Source: Candidatus Falkowbacteria bacterium HGW-Falkowbacteria-1
Lineage (GTDB): Bacteria; Patescibacteriota; Patescibacteriia; Patescibacteriales; UBA12465
Direction: 5' to 3'
NCBI GenBank assembly: GCA_002840305.1
Contig: PHAI01000003.1
Location: 134,908-198,907 of the forward strand
Length of the DNA stretch: 64,000 nt
Shown in pieces: positions 29,985 through 38,402 of the stretch. Position 1 is the first letter of the stretch. Each line of letters opens with the position of its first letter. The notes under the pieces were generated by a model. The model was not told where the DNA came from. It was given only the letters and a program-made list of their open reading frames with translations, and did no database searches. A program made the translations under genes and the position numbers.

Positions 29985-30656
29985 TTAATTCTCAACCAAT
30001 ATTTGTTTAATAATAATATTTTCTCGACTATACTTTTTTTTAGCTGAAACAGTTATAAAATTAATTCCGGACTTCAAATAAACCGTTTCTGAAAAGTGAC
30101 CGTTTTCATCTGTTAAAATTATTTGCCCATTAATCAAGACATCGCTTTCCGCCTCGGTCTCGCCCTCAATCAAAATGGATAAACTTTGAACGGTCTGCTT
30201 ATCTTGAATGTTAAATATTTCTAATGATGGCGGAGCAAAAATATTTTTTAAGTAAAAAAACAAATAGAACAAACAAACTAAAATAACAGCAAAAATTAAT
30301 AAATCCCTAAAAATTCTGGGCAAAGAAACAAAACTTTTCCAGCTTACGATTTTGTTAAAAAAAATGTTTTTTTCAAAATTTTGTCCTCGATTTTGTTCTT
30401 TTACAAAATCATTTACTATGTTTTTGTGTCTTATATCTAAAAAATCAATATATTTTCTAAAGAATATTTTAGCATAAACACCTTTTGGCAAATCTTTATA
30501 ATTACTTTCTTCAATCGCTCTCAAATATTTTATACTAATCCCAGTTTTCAAAGAAGCCTCTTCTATTTTTATATCCTTTTTCTCTCTTATTTTTTTAATA
30601 TAAATACCAACCGAGTCTTGGTCTAAAAATATATTCTTTTTAACAAAATCAGCCAT
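29985..30656 (-). CDS. RodZ-like HTH membrane protein with C-terminal Ig-like domain
   Basis: HTH_25-like N-terminus (YLRAIE...LP..VY), TM helix, beta-rich C-terminus. Confidence 0.8.
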   Translation of the reverse strand: MADFVKKNIFLDQDSVGIYIKKIREKKDIKIEEASLKTGISIKYLRAIEESNYKDLPKGVYAKIFFRKYIDFLDIRHKNIVNDFVKEQNRGQNFEKNIFFNKIVSWKSFVSLPRIFRDLLIFAVILVCLFYLFFYLKNIFAPPSLEIFNIQDKQTVQSLSILIEGETEAESDVLINGQIILTDENGHFSETVYLKSGINFITVSAKKKYSRENIIIKQILVEN

Positions 30657-30672
30657 AACTCTTTCTGATTAT

Positions 30673-31125
30673 TTAGATCCTAAACCCCTTACTATCTTCA
30701 AACGTTGAGCTTATTAGCGAAGAACTGCCGTTCCAATTTACACCCAAGGCCTTCATGGCAAACTGTATAATTATATAGCTCATAAACACGATTATCAAAC
30801 CAATAGCCGCGTTTATAATTATTCCTTTTGCCTTCTGAACCTGTTCGCTGTTGCCAGCCGAAATTAAAAACATTACTCCCCCATAAACAAAAAATAGTAA
30901 AGCCAACGACCCGACCAGACCTAAAATAATTTTTGTAATTCTAATTCCAACCTCTAAAGCATCATTCAATTTATAATCCCCATACTTATACTGATCTTGA
31001 TCTGGTTGCGAACTCCCCGGGACTAATTGAGCCGAAGATTTTAAAGCCGGGAAAAAAAGAAAAAAAGAAACAAAAACCGTTAAAACTCCTAATAAAAATT
31101 TTCTTCTATTTAATGTTGTTTTCAT
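30673..31125 (-). CDS. Pilin-like protein
   Basis: YGGVMFLISAGNSEQVQKAK..IINAAIG. Confidence 0.85.
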   Translation of the reverse strand: MKTTLNRRKFLLGVLTVFVSFFLFFPALKSSAQLVPGSSQPDQDQYKYGDYKLNDALEVGIRITKIILGLVGSLALLFFVYGGVMFLISAGNSEQVQKAKGIIINAAIGLIIVFMSYIIIQFAMKALGVNWNGSSSLISSTFEDSKGFRI

Positions 31126-31136
31126 AAAAAAAATAA

Positions 31137-32504
31137 TTAATTAACTGTCTGTTGAATCCTGTTAGCGTAAAGGCTCATGATCTCAATGGTCTTATCTTCT
31201 ACGTCGCTTAAAACAGCCTCTATCATGTCCGCCACAAAGCTTTCGGCCAAAGCGGCATTTTTGCCCCTATACCAACTTTTAGATGTTAAAACCTGACTTG
31301 CAAAAACGCCGATGTCTAGATCGTCTTTTTGAGAATTTATCAAAGACCTTAGCGCTGTCGGTTTTTTTGTTTTACTCAAATAGCTGCCTGCGTTTTCGGC
31401 ACTTGTCATAAACTGAATAAAGTTCCAAGCTTCGTTCTTATATGGACTCTTCTTAGAAACAACTTCGAGCCAATAATTGGCCATATTTATAGGGACGGTC
31501 GCGCCTTCAATCTGTGGTAGAGGCTCAACCAAAAAATTTAACTTTGGAGCTCTAGATTTTATAATTGGTAATTGATAAGAATATCCCAACATAATAGCTA
31601 GTTTTCCGGACACAAACATATCTAAAGAGTTTTCAAGATCATTGTTCCAACAATAAACTTCCTTTATCGGATTGGCGAAATCGGTATAAAAACGAAGAGC
31701 CATTAACCCTGGATTGTATCCCTGTCCCTGGAAGATGGCCGGTATTGTTTGAAACAAAACTTGTCCAGCATCGCTCATCATGACTGCTCCGTTTTGCATC
31801 ATTAAAACCGACAGAATATCGCTATATCTGTCTATATTTTCACTGCCACCAAGGGCTATCCCTGATTGCAATATATTTCCTTTCAAATCTTGCTTGGTTA
31901 ATTTTTTAACTGCTTGCTGAAAGTCCCTATTCCAATATCTAGGCAAATCCGTTATGCCAGCCTGATCAAATAAATCTTGGTTATAATACATGGCCAAGGT
32001 ATCGACAGATAATGGCAGGCCATAAATTTGATTATTCACAACAGCGTCAGCATAAACAACGTCAGCAAAATTTTGCTTTAAATCTTTCAGTGTCAAACTG
32101 GCCATAACTCTTTTTTCTGGAACAACCTCTTTTTTGATTGTTCCTTGCAGAACCGGAAAAATCATAGTCGTTTGAGGGGGCATCGGTTCTAGTTTGCTTT
32201 CATATTTTCTAACCCAAGTGTTATGAATAGAAAAAATATCAGGACCTCGATCTTCAGCAAAGGCATTTAAAAGGGCCTCTTCATATTCATCCGACCTAAG
32301 CATCCTATAGTTTATTGTCACATAAGGATGTTGCTCATTATATTTACTTATAATTTCAGCAAAATTGTCTCTACCATCAAAAACTCTCCAATAATTTAAG
32401 GTTATTGGAGTTGCGGTCTCTTGCATTGAAGGCTGTTTACATCCAATGCCGGCTGTAAGCAAAAAAACAAAAACGAGTGACAATGCTATTATCTTTTTTT
32501 TCAT
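31137..32504 (-). CDS. Extracellular solute-binding lipoprotein (family 1)
   Basis: Lipobox-like AGIGC, GPDIF, YGLPLSVDTLAMYYN.DLF, AWNFIQF. Confidence 0.88.
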   Translation of the reverse strand: MKKKIIALSLVFVFLLTAGIGCKQPSMQETATPITLNYWRVFDGRDNFAEIISKYNEQHPYVTINYRMLRSDEYEEALLNAFAEDRGPDIFSIHNTWVRKYESKLEPMPPQTTMIFPVLQGTIKKEVVPEKRVMASLTLKDLKQNFADVVYADAVVNNQIYGLPLSVDTLAMYYNQDLFDQAGITDLPRYWNRDFQQAVKKLTKQDLKGNILQSGIALGGSENIDRYSDILSVLMMQNGAVMMSDAGQVLFQTIPAIFQGQGYNPGLMALRFYTDFANPIKEVYCWNNDLENSLDMFVSGKLAIMLGYSYQLPIIKSRAPKLNFLVEPLPQIEGATVPINMANYWLEVVSKKSPYKNEAWNFIQFMTSAENAGSYLSKTKKPTALRSLINSQKDDLDIGVFASQVLTSKSWYRGKNAALAESFVADMIEAVLSDVEDKTIEIMSLYANRIQQTVN

Positions 32505-32581
32505 AAAAAAATGTTTACTTCTATTACTTACATTATAGCAAATTTTTAAAAAAATAAAAGAAACAAAAAAGGACGAAGAAG

Positions 32582-34090
32582 TTATACGCCCGAATGATAA
32601 AATAAGGCCTCGGCTATATCGTCTATACTGATCTTTTCATCTTGTCTTAAGTCAGCTATGGTTCTTGAAACTTTTAGAATCTTAAAATAAGCCCTTGCCG
32701 ATAAATCAAGTTTTTTAATGGCTTTTTTTAAAAAAGACAAACAATTCTTGTCTAGATAACAAAATTTTTTTACTAATTCAGAATTCATTTCGGAGTTATT
32801 AAAAATATTATAGGGCCTGAACCTCTCTAGTTGCAATTCTCTAGAAAGCAAGACTCTTCGACCAATCTCTTCCGAATTCTCTTCTTCTTTTTTGTTTATT
32901 AACTCTTCAAAATTTAGTCTTGGAACTTTAATATGAATATCTATCCTATCTTTTATTGGCCCCGAAATCTTTTTTCTATAATTGTTCAATTGCCCAGAGG
33001 AACAAATGCATTCTTTTTCTTTATCACCAAAATAACCACAGGGACAAGGGTTCATGGCGGCCAGTAACATGAACTTGGCAGGGAAAGAAATATTCCCCGC
33101 AGTTCTGCTAATATTTATAACACCGTCCTCAAGAGGCTGTCTCAAATTCTCTAATATTCCCCTAGAAAATTCTGGCAATTCATCTAAAAACAAAACACCC
33201 CTGTGAGCCAAAGAGATTTCTCCCGGACGAGGCCATGTGCCTCCACCTATAATAGCTGGCGCTGAAGCAGTATGGTGAGGGGCTCTAAATGGCCTAGAGC
33301 AAATAATACCATTTTTTTCTAGCTTGCCAGAAATACTATAAATCTTTGTTACCTCTAAAACCTCTTCCAGAACAAAATCTGGCATTATGGAGATAACCGA
33401 TTTGGCTAAAATCGTTTTTCCCGAACCAGGCGGCCCAAACATTAAAACGTTATGTGATCCAGAGACAGCTATCTCTAGCGCCCTTTTGGTTTGTGCCTGA
33501 CCTCTAATATGAGAAAAATCAAAAACATTGTTTTTCTCAACTAATATATTAATCGAACCCTGTTCTTGATTAATTTTTTTCTTACCTAACAAAAAATCAA
33601 TTAAACCTTTCAAGTTTTTAATAGGAAAAATATTTATACCATCAATTAACCTAGCCTCTAAAGAATTTTGAGATGGCAAAAAAACATTTTTAATTCCTAT
33701 GTTTTTAGCAAATGATACTATAGACAAAATTCCGTTAATCGCTCTAAGATCTCCATTTAAAGCTAGCTCTCCAACAAAAAGTGAGCTCTCAACTTCTTCT
33801 CTAAATTTATAAATATTGGACAATATACTTACAGCAACAGGCAGGTCATAAGCCGAACCATATTTTTTAAAATCAGCGGGGGCTAAATTTACAACAACTT
33901 TTCTCCTGGGAAATCTAAAGCCAATGCTATTTATAGCGCTTCTCACCCTCTCTCTGGCCTCCGAAACAGACTTGTCTGGCAGACCAACAATAGTAAAAAC
34001 GCCCATATCACCACCGCCGAAACAAGCCTCTACCTCTATTCTTTCTGCTTCAAGTCCCAATAAACCAGCTGACAAAATTTTTATGCCCAT
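32582..34090 (-). CDS. comM: ComM/YifB Mg-chelatase-like AAA+ ATPase
   Basis: VGLPD, NLAPAD, GPPGSGKT, PFRAPHH, PGEISLAHRGVLFLDE, AMNPCPCG. Confidence 0.95.
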   Translation of the reverse strand: MGIKILSAGLLGLEAERIEVEACFGGGDMGVFTIVGLPDKSVSEARERVRSAINSIGFRFPRRKVVVNLAPADFKKYGSAYDLPVAVSILSNIYKFREEVESSLFVGELALNGDLRAINGILSIVSFAKNIGIKNVFLPSQNSLEARLIDGINIFPIKNLKGLIDFLLGKKKINQEQGSINILVEKNNVFDFSHIRGQAQTKRALEIAVSGSHNVLMFGPPGSGKTILAKSVISIMPDFVLEEVLEVTKIYSISGKLEKNGIICSRPFRAPHHTASAPAIIGGGTWPRPGEISLAHRGVLFLDELPEFSRGILENLRQPLEDGVINISRTAGNISFPAKFMLLAAMNPCPCGYFGDKEKECICSSGQLNNYRKKISGPIKDRIDIHIKVPRLNFEELINKKEEENSEEIGRRVLLSRELQLERFRPYNIFNNSEMNSELVKKFCYLDKNCLSFLKKAIKKLDLSARAYFKILKVSRTIADLRQDEKISIDDIAEALFYHSGV

Positions 34091-34207
34091 ACATTTATAA
34101 TATATTTAAAAATAAAATATCATAAACATAATAAAAAAATAAGGATAAATCCTTATTAAATAAAACATAAAAACATATTCTATTAATCCCAGAACATAAA
34201 AAAAACT

Positions 34208-37200
34208 CTACTGAGAATATTCGTCAAGTTTTATGCTCAACAATTTACTAACTCCATCCGCGCCCATGGTTATTCCATACAAAATATTAGCCCTCTTCAT
34301 TGTTGCTCTATTGTGAGTAATGGCTATAAATTGAGTTTTATCTGACAAATCGTCTAAAATTTTCGCCAATCTTTCAGAATTTGCTTCATCTAAAGCAGCG
34401 TCAACCTCATCCAAAACCACAAATGGAGCAGGATTAGCACTTATAATAGCGCAGATCAAGGCAATGGCAGTTAAAGCTCTTTCTCCTCCGGACAACATAT
34501 TAACTGAAGCTATCTTTTTTCCAGGAGGAACAGCTAAAATATCAACACCAGACAAACCAACTGCATTATATTTTTTTAGATACTTTATCTTTTTGAGGTT
34601 TCTAAAAGATTGGGACTCTTCGTTTTTTGTAGACCCTTCGGAATTTTTACTATCAAGCTCATTGTCAATTTTATCCAAACCATTTTCGGTCATATCTTCT
34701 TTAATTGGAAATATTTTTGCCTGTCCACCATTGAATAAAATTTTAAAATATTCATTAAACTTTTCCGAAATAAGCTTAAATTCGGATTCAAAACGATCTT
34801 TAATTAAAAAATCAAGTTCAACTATAACTTTCTCAAGTGATTTAATTGTTTTGTTCAGATCGTCCGTTTGTTCGAAAAGAAAGTCATAACGTTTTTTTGT
34901 CTCCACATATTCTTTTTCAACCTCGGGGTCTATACCGCCAATAAGTTCGAGTTGATTTTTTATTCTATTGATTTCCGCCCTTAAAACATCAACATTAATA
35001 TCCTCTCCCGTCTCTTTATAGTTCTTTATTAAATTAATTTCAATTTTATCATTCAAAATATTATTTTCTAGATCCTCCATTCTCGTTTCCTCTCTCGCTA
35101 AATTAATCTGACTGCTATTTAGATCATTATATATAGAGTTGAGCGTTAACTCCAGTTCGTGAATTTCTTTTTGTAAATTTAACAAATATTCTCTCTTTTT
35201 TTCCTGTTCTTGATTAAAATTAGCTGACTCCAATTCCAAAGACTGCAAAAGGCTCTTTTGTTCATCTAAGGTTTTGTTTATAAACAGCTTTTCTTTATCT
35301 AGACTTTCAACAAATTTACTATCATCAAGTTCTCCAGACAAAAAATTATTTTTAATAGCATCTTCCAAATTCTCTAACTTTGCTTGATTTTTAGCATCAT
35401 TTGATTTTATAAAACTGATCCTAGAATCTATTTCATTTATTTTTTCTTTAACTTGTATTAAGCTTTTTTCTGTCTTTTCTTTATTTTGTCTTTGAGTTTC
35501 TTTTTCTATTTTTATCTTTTCTAACCGCAATTTAATATCTAAAATAGAGTTGCTCAATTCACCTAATTCTTTTTCGAGATTATTTTTTTTAGTTTCGACG
35601 TCAGAGAAATTCTCTTCCTTCTTATTAGAGCTTATTTTCTGTTCTATTTCTTGAAGATCTTTGCTCAATTTATTTATATGCAGTTCTAATTGAAACTTTT
35701 TATTTTTTTCAATATTAAAATTTAATCTAATTTCAGACAAGGCTTCACCAGCTTTTTCCCTCTCTTTCTTAAATTCAAAAATTTTAGAATTTATTTTTTC
35801 TATGGTATTGTCAAACTTCTGCCCAGAAACAAAGCCTATCAGATTACTAAGGCCATCTTTAATATCGGAGACTATTTTTTTGAAAAGATTAAGGTCAGAT
35901 GATTCATTTACATCTTTTATTTTACTCAAAAGACTCTCTAAATCTGAGTTTATTTTCTGAACATTAGAAGGATTATAGTCAATTCTGGCCCTTTTTAATT
36001 CCTCTTCTAGCTCTTCTATTTTTAAAATAATTTTTTTCTCTCCTTCAGCATCCTCGTTTAATCTACTTTCTTTATCTTTTAAATCTAGGTCCAAAATCTC
36101 AAGAGCCTCATTTGCTTTAAGCAAATCACCCTTAATTTCGCTTTGTTTTGAAAATAAAAAGGAAATATCAAAGTTGCCAGATTTTTCAAGCTTAAGCTCC
36201 AACAAGGCCTCAAGTTTCATTAACTCTTTTTGCTTTTCTTGTTTTTTATTCTCTAAATCCAACATTATTCTTTGTGTTTCTTCAAAATTCTCAGGCCCAT
36301 CTATCTTATTCACAAAAACAAGCAACTCCTTATTTAAGTTTTCTAACTCCAAAACGTGCTCATTTTTCTCTTTTATTAGAGACTCTATCTCGTCACTATT
36401 TTTATTTTCTAGTCTTATTTTTTCCCAGTTAAAAATGTTCTCCTTTTGATTTTCGTTTCTACTTATTATTTCTTTAACCTCAGAAAGCTTTGTTTGTAAT
36501 TGTAAAAAAACTTCATTAAGAGAAGACTCTGCATTTATAGCTTCGACTTTTTGCTTCTTTTTTTCTAAATCATCTTTTAATTCGTTTCGACTATTACTGT
36601 CGTCTGTTATTTTTTTATTAAAAGCCTGTAGTTTGGAATCTGCTTCTTTCCACAAAAAACTATAATATTTTAATTGATTTTCCTCCAATAAGCCTTCTAA
36701 GCTCTTTCTTTTTTTAAGTTTACCAACTTGGCGAGTAAGACTGTTCAAGCGAGGTTCTATTTCATTCAAAAGCATTTCTACTTGGCCCAAATTCTCCTGG
36801 CTAGTCTCTAGTTTATTTAAAGAAATATCCCTTTTAATTTGGTACTGTTTAACTCCAGTTGCCTCATCAAAAAAAGCCTTTCTTTCTGTCGGGCTGGTAT
36901 TTAAAAAATTTTCAACCATTCCTTGTCCAATAACACTATAGGTTTTTTGGCCAAAATTAGCCTTGGCCAAAAAGATTTGGACATCACTTAGACGAACCTT
37001 GCTATCGTTTATTAAATATTCGCTGTGGCCATCACGATAAACTCTTCTGGTGATTGTTATTTCTGAGAGCATCAAAAGCGCATCGATGTTATCAATTTCT
37101 CCTCTATCTTTGTTTTCTTCTTCTCCATTCTCCAAAAAATCTCCCTTAACACTCTCCATTTCTCTAAATTTAAAATTTGGATTTTGGTTATTTAAAAACA

Positions 37201-37465
37201 AAGAAACCTCAGCAAAATTAAGCCGACTCTTTTTATCAGAACCCATGAAAATGACATCATCACTCTTTTTACTACGAAGCATTTTAGAGCTCTGCTCTCC
37301 CAGAACCCATCTAATAGCATCGGCAATGTTTGACTTTCCAGAACCATTGGGGCCGACCACGGAAGTTATTCCTCTTTTTTTGTCGCTTAACATACCAGAA
37401 AACACCAACTTATTCTTATTGGCAAAAGATTTGAATCCTTGTATTTCCAGTTTTTCTAAATACAT
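34208..37465 (-). CDS. smc: SMC family ATPase
   Basis: GFKSFA, GPNGSGKSN, LSGGE, LDEVDAALD, ITHN; long coiled coil. Confidence 0.92.
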   Translation of the reverse strand: MYLEKLEIQGFKSFANKNKLVFSGMLSDKKRGITSVVGPNGSGKSNIADAIRWVLGEQSSKMLRSKKSDDVIFMGSDKKSRLNFAEVSLFLNNQNPNFKFREMESVKGDFLENGEEENKDRGEIDNIDALLMLSEITITRRVYRDGHSEYLINDSKVRLSDVQIFLAKANFGQKTYSVIGQGMVENFLNTSPTERKAFFDEATGVKQYQIKRDISLNKLETSQENLGQVEMLLNEIEPRLNSLTRQVGKLKKRKSLEGLLEENQLKYYSFLWKEADSKLQAFNKKITDDSNSRNELKDDLEKKKQKVEAINAESSLNEVFLQLQTKLSEVKEIISRNENQKENIFNWEKIRLENKNSDEIESLIKEKNEHVLELENLNKELLVFVNKIDGPENFEETQRIMLDLENKKQEKQKELMKLEALLELKLEKSGNFDISFLFSKQSEIKGDLLKANEALEILDLDLKDKESRLNEDAEGEKKIILKIEELEEELKRARIDYNPSNVQKINSDLESLLSKIKDVNESSDLNLFKKIVSDIKDGLSNLIGFVSGQKFDNTIEKINSKIFEFKKEREKAGEALSEIRLNFNIEKNKKFQLELHINKLSKDLQEIEQKISSNKKEENFSDVETKKNNLEKELGELSNSILDIKLRLEKIKIEKETQRQNKEKTEKSLIQVKEKINEIDSRISFIKSNDAKNQAKLENLEDAIKNNFLSGELDDSKFVESLDKEKLFINKTLDEQKSLLQSLELESANFNQEQEKKREYLLNLQKEIHELELTLNSIYNDLNSSQINLAREETRMEDLENNILNDKIEINLIKNYKETGEDINVDVLRAEINRIKNQLELIGGIDPEVEKEYVETKKRYDFLFEQTDDLNKTIKSLEKVIVELDFLIKDRFESEFKLISEKFNEYFKILFNGGQAKIFPIKEDMTENGLDKIDNELDSKNSEGSTKNEESQSFRNLKKIKYLKKYNAVGLSGVDILAVPPGKKIASVNMLSGGERALTAIALICAIISANPAPFVVLDEVDAALDEANSERLAKILDDLSDKTQFIAITHNRATMKRANILYGITMGADGVSKLLSIKLDEYSQ

Positions 37466-37564
37466 AAGCTAAATAAATTTTTGAAAAATAAACACTAAAT
37501 ATAAAAATTGACACAAAACTACTATATTATAAACTTTTTATTTTACAAAATCAAATTTGAAACT

Positions 37565-37614
37565 CCAACAAAAAACAAAAGCGCCTAATAATCGAGTAGC
37601 GCTTCTGTTTTTGG
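37565..37614 (-). terminator. Intrinsic terminator after the Lys-rich gene
   Basis: AAAAACAAAAGCGC...GCGCTTCTGTTTTT inverted repeat. Confidence 0.7.
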
Positions 37615-37620
37615 TTAAAA

Positions 37621-37797
37621 CTATTTCTTTTTTGCAACTTTCTTCTTTGCAACTTTTTTTACGGCTTTCTTCACAACCTTTTTTGCAACTTTCTTTTTAG
37701 CTACTGGTTTTTTTGCAACTTTCTTCACAACCTTTTTTACAACTTTCTTTTTAGCTACTGGTTTTTTTGCAACTTTCTTTTTAGCTACTTTTTTCAT
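37621..37797 (-). CDS. Histone H1-like Lys/Val/Ala-rich protein (58 aa; not in the ORF track)
   Basis: Hand translation MKKVAKKKVAKKPVAKKKVVKKVVKKVAKKPVAKKKVAKKVVKKAVKKVAKKKVAKKK*; terminator follows. Confidence 0.85.
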   Translation of the reverse strand: MKKVAKKKVAKKPVAKKKVVKKVVKKVAKKPVAKKKVAKKVVKKAVKKVAKKKVAKKK

Positions 37798-37934
37798 AAT
37801 TTTAAAAAATTATTTTATTCTTAGAATAGGAACCGACCAATCCCTATATAATTTGAATTAAATCTAAATTAATTATAACACAAAAAAAACAAAACAACAA
37901 TAAAAAACGAGTCAAAAAAATAAAAAAAATGTCA

Positions 37935-38402
37935 TTATAAAAATTCCAAAAAATCACCAACTTTAATTTTATTTTTGTCACAAAAGCCACCGTTCAATTC
38001 CAAAACTTTATCAACCGGATAGAGTGATTCATACAAAACGCCCTGGCTATCTTCGTCAAAGGGAAGGTCTTTATAAATGCTTACTATTTCATTTTTATCA
38101 ATAAAAACAATATCAAGAGTAAACCTCATGTCTCGCATAACAAAGGCTCTCTCCTCTTCGTTTTGAAACAAAAATAACATGCCCGAATTTTCCAATAAAG
38201 AGTCTCGATAGCTTAATCCCAAGTAATGTTCGGCAGGGGAGGATGCTATCTCAACGTCAACAACAGCCGCCCCAATTTTTATCTTCCCTGTTTTTTTATC
38301 CACAGGCCGACTATGAATAAAAAAAAGAGAAAACAAAAAAATAAAAACCAAGAGTACTAAGAAAGGCAAGGATGTTTTTTTATTAAACAATTTTCGAATC
38401 AT
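37935..38402 (-). CDS. DUF192 domain protein
   Basis: GLSYR..L...GMLFLF, FVMRDM.F.LDIVFI, VLELNGG. Confidence 0.92.
   Translation of the reverse strand: MIRKLFNKKTSLPFLVLLVFIFLFSLFFIHSRPVDKKTGKIKIGAAVVDVEIASSPAEHYLGLSYRDSLLENSGMLFLFQNEEERAFVMRDMRFTLDIVFIDKNEIVSIYKDLPFDEDSQGVLYESLYPVDKVLELNGGFCDKNKIKVGDFLEFL

Noticed and set aside
37621..37797. Tandem DNA repeat or CRISPR-like array
   Set aside because: The repeats keep frame and vary at synonymous positions; they encode the Lys-rich protein. No CRISPR array or cas gene was seen in the window
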